A stretch of DNA of 64,000 nucleotides. Origin: Saccostrea cucullata (Eukaryota). The position numbers and the translations under genes were made by a program. A model generated the notes under the pieces. It worked only from the letters and a program-made list of their open reading frames with translations, searched no databases and was not told where the DNA came from. This document shows, piece by piece, positions 14,201 to 28,339 of the stretch. How positions within the stretch are numbered: the first letter of the stretch is position 1; the number at the start of each line of letters is the position of its first letter. Location of the stretch: contig NW_026933486.1 of assembly GCF_032062105.1 (NCBI RefSeq), positions 124,001 through 188,000 of the forward strand, in the 5' to 3' direction.

Positions 14201-16937
14201 GTTATTTGCCTAAGGACAGTAAGTTTTTTTATTGAAGGATTTTTTTCTGTAGATAAATAGATCCACTTTTCAGATTTTAAAATATTTTATTTATAAGCAA
14301 CAAACTTTAACATTTCTTTTTACCTGAAAAATAAAGTTTAAAACAAGATGTTCATTGTTTTATGAAACATACTGTTCTGAAAGTGTTTTCACTAGTCATT
14401 AGTAAAAAGACAAGAGATGGGCACACAATATTTCTCCCGTGTATAATTGTAACAAACAAGAGATGAGATATATAGGTGTTGATGCAGTGTAAATCAGCTG
14501 TAATGGGTGTCGCCCCGCGCTGTCCTACAAACGGAGCAACAGTAGCCCCCAGACACCACAAACATTCCTCTGTCGTCCATAATCATTACGTCTTTTTAAT
14601 TTGATTAGACATCATCATAAATATCCCCCTGCCACATCTTAAATCTACTGCAGGCCAGTGTACAACTTTTCTCATTCTCTCATATATCTTACATAATTCT
14701 CTACAAAAAAACACAGCTCTGGATTTATCAACTTTTTCGCGGCAAACTTTCAGTGATTCATGACTCAAAAAGATACAATTTTCCTATCTAATATTTGCTT
14801 GAGAACATTTTGAATGCTGTACAATTATATACAATTGACAATTTTTTGGAGGATTTTTTTGCTCTGGGTTCGAGACCTGACAGATACACCATAGATACGG
14901 TTCCTAAATATCCCCCCACCACTGGTTCCGATCAGGAACATCTGCCATCAGAACAAGAAATGAAACATCTGTCCCAACCTAAGAATGTTTACATTAACTA
15001 CAATATTGCCTCCATTTATTACAATCTGACATATCCAGTTTATATATACTTTTTATCTACGGCAACTTTACGCGGCATAGCTGACGATCTATGTAGATAT
15101 CCCAGGACCCCTTTTATTCGGACATAAGGCGACCATAATTTGATTTTTAGTTTTACGGATTTTTTTTCAAGAAAGGTCAAGTTGGAGGACGAAAAAAAAA
15201 AAAAAAAAAAAAAGACAAAAATCATGCTAGCAACGACCTTTTTCACAAATAAAAAGTCACACATTTCACTGTAGCATAAAACAAAACAAAAAAACAACTT
15301 ACAAGATATGTTTTTTTTAATATTAATACACATTACATGTATAAATGTTGTTATTTATAAAAATTACAACTTTTAATTCAAACATTGTTTAATATGAGTA
15401 CCATGTAATATTTGAAATTATAAAAATTTAATTATGTTCTTCACTGTATAGTTTGCACATTCATTTGAGTGTCATTTGAATAATATTCAGGGTAAATATC
15501 GAAGTTTAACTAGGCAATTAAACGAATTAATAATATTCTGCAGACGGTCTGAGTTTCCAGCTTTTAACTGATGGATGAATGGATTTTTCTCATTATGAGG
15601 AGCAAGAGAATTGTTTCCTGGATTTAATAAAGATCTGAAATTGAAGAATTGGAAACCTGTTAGCCAAACTTAAAACTTAACACATTTTTTTTATGAATTT
15701 GATGGATTCTGAATGTGCATTCTTTTTTTTTTTACTCTTAGTACATATGATATCAATAATCAAAGCATTAAGTCCTGTTCCAATCTGCTAATATTATATT
15801 TTGAAATTATTGTTTAGCTACATAAATTCGAAGAAGTCTTCATAGAGGTACTGTCAAGTTGCTCTGCAGTTTCAAGGGCTTTTATATGCTGGTGTTGATG
15901 TAGGATTTGCTAAACTGAATCTCATAATCCGCGGTGTTCCCTCTGCAGACTCTTTATTAGTTACCTGTACTTGCTTTCATTTCCTCTTTAAATTAATAAT
16001 AAAGTACTGGTCCTGATCACCGTATTATTTATGGAGGAATTGTTTTGTTTTAGGCGCATATAAACTTGTTTGCAGCAAAGTATCAAGTAAATTCAATCGT
16101 TATTTACCGTCCTTTTTTGCAAAATTTCCACAATCTCTGTCTTTGATAAAAAACACTTTTTATGAGGAATGAGCAATTCTGCATTACATCTGGTAGCAGT
16201 TGACACCTTGATTATCACCTGTTATCAGTGGCAATAAGGGATCATGACCGCCATTTTTTTTTTGACTTGTCGGTATTTTACAAATAAATTTTAGCAATTA
16301 AAAAAATAGAGAGAGACATGCAATGGGGAGGGTTCAGAATTGGTAGACTCTCGATAAAATCAAAGTTGACAGCTCACCTTCTTCTACCATTCTGCACATG
16401 TGTTTTTTTTACGTTTCTGAAATTTTGAAAAGAAAAATTCCGATTTTAATTATTTTACTGCTAAGCTGGTTCTCAAGAATATTCTGTGAATTGAAATAAT
16501 TAATATTATTTATAATATTCAATAGATGTTTTTATATGGTCTTCAAAGAATTTTTATATAATGTTCCTTCACACAATGTCATTATAATTCCACAATCTTA
16601 TGGTAATTAATAAATGTGTGATTCAAAGAATAAAATTCAGATTTATGCATGTTTTAAGGCAGCGTCAAAAGAATATAATTAACCACAAAATGCAAATTTC
16701 CAAGATATACATGATTCATGTTGAAATCTCTGACATTTTCCTTCTCTGCTTTGCCTATTTCCGACCAAAGTCAAATTTTTCATCTGCCAAATCAAAAAGA
16801 AGGCCTGACGTCTCCTTAGATTTTAATCTTATACATTAAGACAAATATCCATGCAAATTAATATTGCAGAAATTATTATTCCTAGTCAGGCCTCTTAGAA
16901 AATTAAGGTGGCATAGGACAGGAAGTTTGAATCATCT

Positions 16938-16951
16938 GTTACCATGGTAAC
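16938..16951. promoter_or_regulatory. Palindromic RFX X-box in an FGFRL1 intron
   Basis: GTTACCATGGTAAC; function not shown. Confidence 0.4.
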
Positions 16952-19900
16952 TAATGAATTTACTCATCACTTGACCAGCGGTCACCTGAGAAATCTAAGG
17001 TGACAATTATCGTTTGTTCTCTTCATCCCCTTCATAAACTCTGGACAGGATTACAAGAAATCCTGATGAAAAATTAATCTGCCTGTCGCTGTCCGCTGGT
17101 GAAAGCTTGAACCTTGTAAATGGCCGTCAGGGGGAGAACATTGTTATAAATATGTGTAAAAATCTCTGGCCTTTATATCAACCAACAAAAAACCTCCTCA
17201 CAGATCTAGTGCAAGTCAATTAAATAGAAGAATATATGTACAGCTAATTATTCACAATTTAGCACAACTAAGGCTTGAAAGGGAAAATCTGTGTACAGAA
17301 CAAATATTTGGACATAAAAGTTCTCCTAATTTTATGACAGAATTTGTTTTATTTTGACATAATCCATTGACCAGTCAGATATTATAAATGACATATCTCC
17401 ACAAACGTTAATACAAAGAAACTACGCCCCAACCTTTAAACTTTCACCACAGTTGTATAAATATAATGCACTGAACAAACTACAGTGAACGACAAAAAAA
17501 AGGAGGAAAATCTTACTCTCGGAGCCTATGGGCTGTAGTAGGTGCTTAAATGAATGATAGTCACATTAAAAGGAGTCATTACCATCTACCACAAAAATAT
17601 CAACCATTTACAAGCTTTCTCTTTTCTTTCTTTTTTTTTTTTTGTAAGAAATTCTGAATTGTTTCATAAATTCAATGAAAGCTGAATTAGGCTTTCTATA
17701 TAAATAAAACTGTGAAAAATGTTTTTTCGTGATTCTTTTTAAAACTCTCTCTTTTGTAGTAGGATTTTTAACGGAAAATTGAACCTTGACTTTGTAAGAA
17801 TGTGCTTTACGACCTGCACTGATCTATGCCATGTTATCTTATTTTGATGTTACCCTAATCTTTTACTTGAAATAAACTTGATCAAGACAACTTGTTTGAC
17901 CAATCATTCGAAAAAACAGAACTAAATACAGAGATTGTCTGATGAAGAAAAAGACAACAAAAGTATGCACTTATTCTACTTTCCCTCCGACAAGTAGAAA
18001 AAAAAATTGTCCTAGGCTTGAGAGCTGCTAGAAATGGAGGCTGGAGTGTCCATTATGTTTCATTACCTCGAGAGCTCTGTGAGAGCCTGAAGTATTGACA
18101 GCACCAGAGAGAAAGTCTCAAGTACTCCTAACGCTGATTCTAAAGTGTTCATAATGCAATAAGGATATACCGCAACAGTCATCTCAGTATTTTACAAGCT
18201 TCAAATGTACTTCAAATTGATTTCCTAGTACTTCCTAAATGCTTAATGTAAAAGATGTATTGGTGCTGACTTTCCTTATACTATTCTATGGATGTGAGTA
18301 ATACTTATAAAAAAATCTCTTAATTTTGTCTTCCTGTACAAATTATCCATGCTGGTATTTTTTATCCCAAAGTTTGGTGGCCCTGTCCCTGTTATCGCGA
18401 GGCTTTACAGCTCGTGGCAGATTCATGACTTTTTCCGAAGATTTTTAAAGTAAAATATGTGGTGGTTAAGTGCCGCATTTGACAGTACCAAGACGCAGAT
18501 TGCTCGCCATGACAAAACACAGTGTCCAGAACTGCCCTGAGAAGCTTTACATTGTATAGCTATGATATTATATCAGTAAAACACTCGAAAGAGCCAGATC
18601 TGCACTCTGTCACTGCCGATTTAATTGGCTAAATATGAAATATAGACTAACCAGCTGCTAATTACTACAACTAAAAAAAACACGGATGTTAAAGTGATCG
18701 AGGAATATGGGAAAATATTTACCATCTAAACAGCCTGAAAATTCTGACCAAAAATTGCACACAACAAAGTTAAACTAACAAAACTTTCTTTTTGATAAAT
18801 TAGTCTTTCTACTTTACTTTCATCCAAGTTTCTACTAAAAAAATTATCTGATGTTTAAACTTAATTTATGGTCATTTAATAATTTTACTAAATGACATAA
18901 AACATGTCCACAAAAATCTGTGTTCCTTGTCATTTGTCAAAATTTATCAGCAGAACCTTTTGAGATGGAATGAAAATGCTTGTTATTTCTGTATATTACA
19001 ATCTACAACACATTTAAGGGCAGTATCTATCTTATCAAAGTAAAGCAATAATGAAATTTTTTTTAAAAAATTCATGTTTCTTCAGTTGTATAGTATAGCC
19101 TTGGGCAATATTTATTAATCATCCAAATATTTTGAATTGTGTCTCAAATGTACTTATCAGAAAATGACTTATTAAAACATATCAAAAATTTAAAACGAAA
19201 TTCACAAATACTAACACAAGATTTTTTTCATCTTTTTTAGAATTCAAAGTTTTTTGGATGCCTTGAAATACTACAACAATGGCAATGGTATTAAATGATT
19301 GTCATGTCAAACTTAATTAACTTATATCTTGAGGGCATTATACACCGATCACATGTCATGAAGTTTCACAGTTTTACTGAAAACTACAGGAAAAGAAAAA
19401 TTCAATCTGACACAAATTAAAGTAATTATAGCCTATTTATTCACATGTCAGGGAGGAAATCACACCGAACGATCAGTATCAGCTAAAAAATATATATTGA
19501 TTTTGTGGCATGAAAATTTATACTCTGATTTTAGACTTTTAATTTAAAACTCTTAATTATAAGAGGGTATAGCAATGACACACACAACCTCCAAGGTCAC
19601 AGTTTCAGGCCCCTATATTCTCTACCTTTCATCCACCAACTGACATGTTAAGGCACTTTTTTTCTTTCATATTTTTCAATGAATAATTTTCCCTAATCGC
19701 ATTAAATATTCTAATACTAGGTTTTGCATATTTTTTCATTTGGTATTCACAGAGAACAAGTCCTCCAATTTAATCCTGTATCTTGAGTTTGCAGGGACAA
19801 AAATTTGCCTCAAACAGTTAAAACTTGTACTCTTTGGAACCACATTGATTTTGTTTAAAAGTTAATTCAAAAAGTTAATCTCATTTACTGCACTAACAAC

Positions 19901-20515
19901 AGGCATTCAGGGGAAACTCAACAGCGTATGAAGCGACAACGGGATAGAACGAGAATCAATAGCACTGCCCGAAAGAGAGGGACCAAATACAATTAAAAAC
20001 AGTCCCCCCAACAAAAACTAGCCCAGGGTCATCTAGTGAACTCATCTCACTACAAATTAACAAATTCCCAGAGAAAAAAAAACCAAATCAAATAAACACA
20101 AACTGCCCTCGTTCCTAAAGCTGAAAGAAGTTATAACTTACAGCACAAAATCTCATTTACCAATAACACAGTCTACTTAAATTTTGGTTTCTTCAATTAT
20201 TTAATATTTGTTATATTACGGTTGGATTCCTAACAAAAAATCTAGAGCAATCCCCCTGGTTTCTCTCATTAAATCCCCCATCTGCTATTTACAACATTCT
20301 GGGCCTATCACAAAATACCTGTAGGATGCAAGAACTGAAAAAGGTAAAAATTATACCTAGAATAAATTGTGATGTCCCTTGATATACCTTTAGATATTCG
20401 CTGAATTAATTAGAACCTGTTGGAGAATGCACACCTGTGATGTGGGTCCAATTGATAATTTAAGAACAAATGGCGGAAATTAGATCGTAAATTAAAGCAA
20501 GGAAAAGACCAGGAA

Positions 20516-20531
20516 AGGTCAAGCGAGGTCA
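20516..20531 (+). promoter_or_regulatory. Perfect DR4 nuclear-receptor element in an FGFRL1 intron
   Basis: AGGTCA agcg AGGTCA, about 190 bp inside the intron following the signal-peptide exon; function not shown. Confidence 0.4.
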
Positions 20532-20722
20532 GGCACGCTCAAACAAGAAGAAATGGTATACTTTTTTTACCTGCGAAATTGACACGTTTTTATCATGACG
20601 AATGCCTATCTAATGTCAACAAACTAACAACTATCATTCATTACTGCAATTAAAACAATACAATTTTAGGGGATCGCAAAATTAAATGAACAGTCGGGGG
20701 ACATATTCCAGGGACAACTTAC

Positions 20723-20788
20723 CTAGTGCAGAGATCGTCACCACAGTGGATACCAAGACAGCCAAAATCAGCATCCTCTCGAATTTAT
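20723..20788 (-). CDS. FGFRL1: FGFRL1 signal-peptide exon (NKFER-MLILAVLVSTVVTISAL-G)
   Basis: Acceptor tgtttctgttttAG (20790-20789) and donor GTAAGT (20722-20717); 66 nt; hydrophobic signal peptide starting at ATG 20774; phase-1 end matches the Ig1 exon (G|GT CCT CCA = G-P-P). Confidence 0.85.
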
Positions 20789-21732
20789 CTAAAACAGAAA
20801 CACAAATTTTATAACTTAATATTGCTTTCAAGGAATATTGTGTAGCAAAATATACTACTAATAAATAGACAATTCTACAAGTAAACACACTATCTAGAAC
20901 GTGTGACCACCTTGTCCGCGCGGTACTCATGCCCGGAAGCTGAGTATTTCCCGCCAAATTGTCAGCGGGTGTTGATAGAAAACTTTTTTTTTTTATTTTT
21001 GACTAATGTCATCATCGTGTTATTCTAAACTTCAACATTTCCACTCAAACTGACAAAAACAAACGTTATGGCCACAATGCGTTAATTCAGCACTTTAATG
21101 GATTATTGTAATATATTATAACGGACGCTAAACGTTATCGCTGTGTTCAGAACTATGTTCGCTACATTAAACGAACATTATTTCCGTCAAATCGATTTTC
21201 CCTTCTGCAAATTAAAAATCGGCATTTGATTCTAGCGATGTAAATTCACATGTCAAAAATCTGCCCAAGGCAAAATAAGTCAACATTTTTGTGTAAAAAG
21301 AAATCTGCGACAAAATGAAGCAGCAACTGCATTTTTAATAATACCATGATTGAGTTTTGAATGTGGTGAATTTGACGGACTTTGAATTTGACTGACCAGG
21401 TTTAATTATTATTGCCAATCACGGCCGTGCCGCGGACAATAATGTACCTGTATTATTCGCCATCCTCCAATGACGTTGTATCGCCGTCCGTGCCTTTCTA
21501 GAGTCTGTTCACTTGTTATTATCATATAAATTAGATTTTGGCCAACAGAATATTTGGATTGATTGACCCTCTAATGGAAAAATTCGCTCGTCTAATCAAA
21601 ATATATACATGTTAAAAGATACTACAGAAAGAGAAAGAAAGAAAGAGATTCGAATACTCAAGAAATCAGCATGGAACATATATTCTTTCGTTCAAATCGA
21701 TAAAAATATTTTCTTGGCGGCGAAAAACTTAC

Positions 21733-21760
21733 TTGAATTTGAACACTTGTCGATTTCCAT
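21733..21760 (-). CDS. FGFRL1: FGFRL1 probable first coding exon (MEIDKCSNS + 1 nt)
   Basis: ATG at 21760 in TTTACCATGG context; 28 nt to donor GTAAGT (21732-21727); phase 1 joins in frame to the next exon (A|AT AAA TTC GAG AGG ATG = N-K-F-E-R-M). Confidence 0.6.
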
Positions 21761-24700
21761 GGTAAATCTGACATAAGGAGGGATCATATTAGAAGATAAA
21801 TCAAAGCCAGGGTTTCATCACTATCCCAAACAGTGTCAATTTCCACATGCTTCCCTAAACTCGATAAGACATAAATCGTGTTCCTGCACCCGTTAAAATC
21901 CGACAAATGTCACCTATAATTTTCCTCTAACACCAAATTAACAGACTGTTGATAAACAATAAAAACTCTCCACCTCAGTTCTCCATCAAGATTTAACTGC
22001 CAATGTCGCGTGCGGCTTCAGTCTATCTCATTCACAAGGGGGAGGTACTTCTGTTGAATCCAGCATCGGTGTTAAAAGGAAATCTTCACAAAAGAGTTAT
22101 GATAACCCACTATCAAACACTGTTATTTGGTTGGAAACGTTTACCATTTATAATTATTCTTTTTTTTTCTTTAAGCGTTCTAAGCTGTCGATTTCCAGCG
22201 TTTCGCTTCCTAGTCACTTGACAAATAACATTCAGAATGTCGCTAACCGTCACTCAAAAGAAACGAATTTTTCTTAGTTGTACAGAGCGAAAAAGTGGGC
22301 GGGCCCAAATGCAATGTGTACACATGCTCCCCGTGAGAAGAATACTCCCTCCCAAATGAATATTAAATCTTTATGTTTATGTTACGGATATGGACTGTTA
22401 TTTTGTACCCAGTGTATCAATAGGAAGTTTATCTACAATTCTGTCGAGTGTAAATGTAAAGATGTTTTTTTCAGTGCGCTCTTTGACACCCGTTGTTCCG
22501 TGAACCTATTGTCCATTACGGTGTTTATCTACATTGCCCTCTGATCCTAGGTCGTTATTTTTGTAAACATTATTAAGATGGCCCCGATTACTTCATTAGT
22601 TAATCTGATTAGAAGGGCATTTGATATACCCACGTCGAAGGCTTGTTCCATGTTTTACGTGCTGTGCAAGTTTATTTTAAGCTCCAAAATGATAATAAAT
22701 AGTAGGCCACTGGGTGCGAGAGAGACTCAGAGAGAAAGGGGGAGAGTGTGGAAGGGCTGAGGGTTCCAGTATAACTGAGAGGGAACAACTTTACAAAATA
22801 CAGAGAATAAATAGTTCTGGTAAACTTTAAAAAAGTTAAACAAGAAGAGATGGCAAATTAAACCACAGTCCAGAAAAAGTTAAAGAATAGCATCTAATTC
22901 CTTATTTGACTGCGGCTCAATATATACCCAATTATTACTTAACCCCTGAAAGTGGCATTTCCTCTAGTAGATTACAGAAAGGCGTTTCGTCAACACTTCA
23001 AATGAATTTCAGAGTAAATATTGTCCTTTCCTCGCAGACCAGTATCAAAGCTTGGTAAACCCTGTTACATCACACTCACTGTATATACACAGTGACCATT
23101 CTCTGGGATTGACCACGGATTCCTTCACAGACCAGCTCCTGATGACTATTCTTGTAGGGAAAAACAGTCCGCGTCTATTTTTGGACACAACAGTTGTTTG
23201 AGAGACTTTAAAAATTTTAAGAATTAAGAAAAATATTGAACATGTTGCTGCTTTTATTGACAGAATGGAGAAGTGGTCAATTAGAGAATGGTTTTCAATG
23301 ACAGGAGCAAGAAAACTTACCTATGTCGGTAAATCCTAAATGTCAATACAAGACAATCAGGGCAGACTCCAGAAGTCCCTTCAACTTATGTTAGTCATCT
23401 GTTATTATTAAGTTTTTAATATCTAGATATTTTCTAAGTAAATGTGCATTTAATCTTTTTCCTGTTTGACAAATTGCATTACATGATCGTTGGACAAATT
23501 CATGCCAAAAACATGTCCAAAATGATGTAAAAATAATTTCAGTGCGCGCCTGTGGGATGTCAAAAGATTAACTTGTTATATCAGGTATAGAGTTTTTACG
23601 ACAAAGGAAACAAATCTATTATCTCCACTGACAAATAACATCATATTTTGACAGATAAAACGAATTACAAAGTCTTCTGGGTATTTTCATCTACAACTAA
23701 AGCCAGGCCAGTGCTCGCTGAACTTGATTGGTTGTCACATCAGCCCAGCCCGGGGGACATGATGATCCGAATGACAACAGGGACAACAAAGTTCGGGGAA
23801 GTCTTATGTAACACGAACGTAAATATTGATACAATTAATTGATTTACTCGGGTTCGGAAACAATACAGAGAAAACAGGAAATGCTTCTTGTTTTGAATAA
23901 AGGGAGATAACGCGATCAACGCTTCCAGATAAAGGGAGATTATCTAACGACACAATCGCCTATCACAGTAATAATACTCTTTTATATACACAACAACTTT
24001 AAGGGATAATCTAACATGTTTCTTTTATCAAAAGAAAGAGAGTTTTAGAGAGAGTAGATTTAGTTTTGGTGAAATAATAGTAAAGATTCTTTTATGGATG
24101 TCAAATATTTTCGCTCGTGTGTAGAAGTTTATCAGGAAATGTTTTCGCGTGGTTGTATCGTGACCTTTGTTTGACACAACAGGACAGTTATTCTAAATTA
24201 CGCTAACATGAAATAAATGTGATTTTCATGTTCATCGTTCGCTAACAAGCGGAGTTTGACATTAAACACGTCTGTTGGTAGTAGTCAGGGCGAGCGACTA
24301 GCGCCAAGCTTTTTTTAAATGATAAAAACATACAAAAAATCCTAGAAATATTGTTATAAGATAAATATGTACAGATGTATGTAGATTTTCTAAGTCATGT
24401 GACTTCAGTGCATGTATAAAAATATAAAATATAAAACAATATGACAGACCAATACTTATTTAAATATAAACCCTCCATTTAGATGTAGTATTCATTAATG
24501 CTGGATATTTCCAATTTATTATTTTTTATTTATTTTATTTTTTTCGAGTACAGATGTACACGAATTGAATTCTTCTGTGATACTGCCCATGCGTGCTCTT
24601 ATAACATTCTTAAACTGGTAAAGTGTGTTTCTGACCGTTTTATACCCTTACATTATCAGAATTAATCAATTACAATCAATTCACTTCATCATTGCCTATA

Positions 24701-27464
24701 CCATTATAACTTGTCATTCCTAATAGCCCAGTTAGCTTTTTTAAAACCCTATTTAACATTTTAGTTTATCAATGACACATCTATAGAACTGTCAAAATTT
24801 AACTGAAACCTAAATTGGCATTTTTTTCTTTTTTAAACGCAAATAAAAGCCACAAAACTATTGATAAATATATACACTAACCGTTATCGTGCTTATAATC
24901 CATGATCTGCTTTCTAAGTATAGTGTATTCAGACCCAAAGAAATAAAACTAATAAAGGCAGTGCCCGGGTACCTGTGTGTTTTTTATCTCCCCTTGACCC
25001 CCATCAAAGTGACATTAGTCAAATATGAACATGTCATCTAAAAATCGAATTTCAATAGACGCTGATTAAAAACTGTTCTGGTGTCATATACCGTTATACC
25101 AATCAAGGCTGGTTATAGCGTAATTAACCTTCGTTCATTAACACCCTATCTCCATTGGCGTAATTAGGTGACCAGTTGTTATATACCGTTATTTCCCAGG
25201 TATAACGGTTTTCTTTAACGGAAATTAATCATAAGTGTGAAAAACTACAGAAATTTATTGGAGAATTTTACCGATCTGTTTCATTTTTCTCCTATAAGGA
25301 AGTCTGCATCTATTTCAATTTTAATTTGAAATAATAATTTAGAGAGAAGTTTTTACTCACCACTTTCATCATTTTATATTTCTATTAAAGTTAAGAGTTC
25401 GTATATTTTTTAAAAAATTGTGACAAGAGACATCTTTTCCTTTCTCCTGTCATTTATAAAAAAAAAATTCAATTAACCTGGGACAGGATTTAATTTTTTC
25501 AATAAATCAAAATCCTAAGAAATCTGTGTAGTTTTTTGGCTTACGACAGGTAATTTCCGCGTACCAGCGTACCAGAGGATGAAGGATATAAATCTAGCTC
25601 TGTCGTAACTCACGCTTCGCCCCCCGCCTATCAAGACCTGTTTGTTTAGCTTTTAAGTTCGCGGACTTTTTACAAAGGTTTACAGTCTCTAATAGCTCCA
25701 TTAAGATAGCTCTATAGAAGCATGTTTACCTTGCGGACAGCCGATCCAATATAGCCAGAATTTACTCCGTTACAATGTGTAGAAGACTCTCAATACACTC
25801 TACCTATTGCAAACTTCCTGGCACCCTATAAGTCACTGTTTTCCCGAACAGCTGCGCGGTCTGTCCGTTAGATATATTGGTACAGGTATTTTTTCAACAG
25901 GTGAGTTGAACGGAATTCCTGATAAAACGATTTCAAAACTGAAGTTCCATTCACATTCGCTAGGGCCTGCTCACGTATTAAATATCCATTATACAAATAA
26001 AGAACAAACAAAATTAATTATGTCACCCCAAGGTTGTTTCTCCGTGAAAAATAAAATCCCTGGGCACAATCAAGTCTAAAGTTAAAATCTCCATAGACTC
26101 CGGGATTTCTTCTTCTTGGTCAACTGAAAAATAGCAAAGTCCAGAGCGATGACAACAAAGCTCTCATGGCCGTTAGAAGTTTCCACGTGATAACCAAATA
26201 CCAAGTTAGTTTAGATGTGGCCAGGACTAGCGGCTTTACCAGTGAAGAAAATTATCAATAGCTGGCCTAGATTAGCTATCGGGACCCTATCTACCCCAGC
26301 CTGCCGTGTAATGTAGAGGACCGTCAATACATGCACGTCATTTCCAGGCGCAATATTTTTTCGACGGGTGATAAATTAAAAAAATTGGAGATAAGTTTCA
26401 AGGTTTTTATTTATAGCAAAGCCAAGGTGTTTTGACTGAGATCCGTATTTTGCAAACAGTCCATGGTCTTCGGACTTTTGCGGAATTCGTATTCCAACGG
26501 CTAGACGGCATCAGGCCTGTGACATCCCACTTATCAACAGTACACAGTGTTTCACGTTTTTTCTTCATTATTAAACTCTTCAGTCTTTGCTTTATTAAAA
26601 TATTTCCGTCTGTTACATCATAGAGTTGTTTAATATTATCCTTTCCTAGACAATGTTCCCTTCTTAATACCTGTGGTATCAGAGCAGGCGCCTCGGTACC
26701 CAGACACAAGGCATCAACTTTTTCTTTAAAAATTAATACGTCCCTGTTTAACTTACAATTTTTTAAATAAAAGAGAGAAGGGGGCCGTGGGAGGAATACA
26801 CATCATACCGATGTATCAGGGCAGAGTAAGAAGTAATTACATACATGTTATGATGAAGGAGGGAACGATCTCAACAGAGGTACACGGGGGTGACTCTAAT
26901 AACATAGCAAGGCTTTAAATAATATACATTACATGTGCCTGTTTTGAGATCCGCGCCTCGTACGAAGCTGATAATTAATTTATCTGCTTTGAGATCCGCT
27001 CGCCTGCATGGAGATAAATGCAGATATTGCTTTGACAACGATATTTCATAAATGTCATAAATGTGCTTTCAGTCCCTTGCCCAAAATGGATTTAACATGA
27101 AGTACTTTGTTAAAACTGAGCTCGTCATTCAACACTACTGGATTGAGTCATCATTTTATTATCACAATATAATGTAATATATAGACATATTGACACATTC
27201 AAATCATCAACATATCTAATGTAAACAATTTTAAATATGCTATCTCCTACAAAGAGATACTTATTCAATGAATTGATATCATCATACACTTTCTAATGTC
27301 CTTAAAGTGTCTACTAGTTCTAAGAAAGTCGAAGCTGTAGGGGGTTATGGGTTCGAAAACATTCTACCGCAATTTATTAAAGCCCTGCATTCCTAAAGGT
27401 AAAAAGTACAAAAACCAAATTATCGCCCTGCTTAGATGATATATCTCATTTACATTCGTTCTTA

Positions 27465-28316
27465 TTCGGGTGTGATCGACTGAGGTGACATCTCATTAAT
27501 AATCGTATATACTCGGGTGTGATCGAGAGAGGTGACATTTCAATGTTATTTGTTAATACTCGGGTGTGATCGAGTGAGGAGACTTTTCAATGTTATTTGT
27601 TAATACTCGGGTGTGGTCGAGTGAAGAGACTTTTCAATGTTATTTGTAATACTCGGGAGTGATAGAGTGAAGAGACTTTTCAATGTTATTTGTAATGCTC
27701 GGGAGTGATAGAGTGAAGAGACTTTTCAATGTTATTTGTAATACTCGGGAGTAATAGAGTGAAGACTGAAGAGACTTTTCAATGTTATTTGTAATACTCG
27801 GGTGTGATCGAGTGAAGAGACTTTTCAATGTTATTTGTAATACTCGGGAGTGATAGAGTGAAGAGACTTTTCAATGTTATTTGTAATACTCGGGTGTGAT
27901 CGAGTGAAGAGACTTTTCAATGTTATTTGTTAATACTCGAGTGTGATCGAGTGAGGTGACATTTCAGTATCATTTGTTAATACTCGGGTGTGATCGAGTG
28001 AGGTGACATTTCAATGTTATTTGTTAATACTCGGGTGTGATCGAGTGAAGTGACATTTCATTGTTATTTGTTAATACTCGGGTGTTATCAAGTGAGGAGA
28101 CATTTCAATGTTATTTGTTTATACTCGGGCGTGATCGAGTGAGGTGAGTATAAACAAATGATATTGAAATGTCATTGTTATTTGTTAATACTCGGGTGTG
28201 ATCGAGTGAGGTGACATTTCAATATCATTTGTTTATACTCGGGTGTGATCGAGTGAGGTGACATTTCAATATCATTTGTTTATACTCGGGTGTGATCGAG
28301 AGAGTTGACATTTCAC
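27465..28316. repeat. Minisatellite, 46-47 bp unit, about 18 copies
   Basis: Unit ~AATACTCGGGTGTGATCGAGTGA(A/G)G(A/T)GAC(T/A)TTTCAATGTTATTTGT(T) repeated head-to-tail. Confidence 0.95.
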
Positions 28317-28339
28317 TCTTAGAGAATCAGATATACCCT

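Noticed and set aside
20789-20957. N-terminal part of the 91-aa ORF (20682-20957)
   Set aside because: Lies upstream of a strong acceptor at 20790-20789, so it is intronic.
27465-28316. CRISPR-like array of hairpin-containing repeats, and ORF 27640-27828
   Set aside because: Units are contiguous with no unique spacers, there are no cas genes and the context is eukaryotic; the ORF is a by-product of the repeat.
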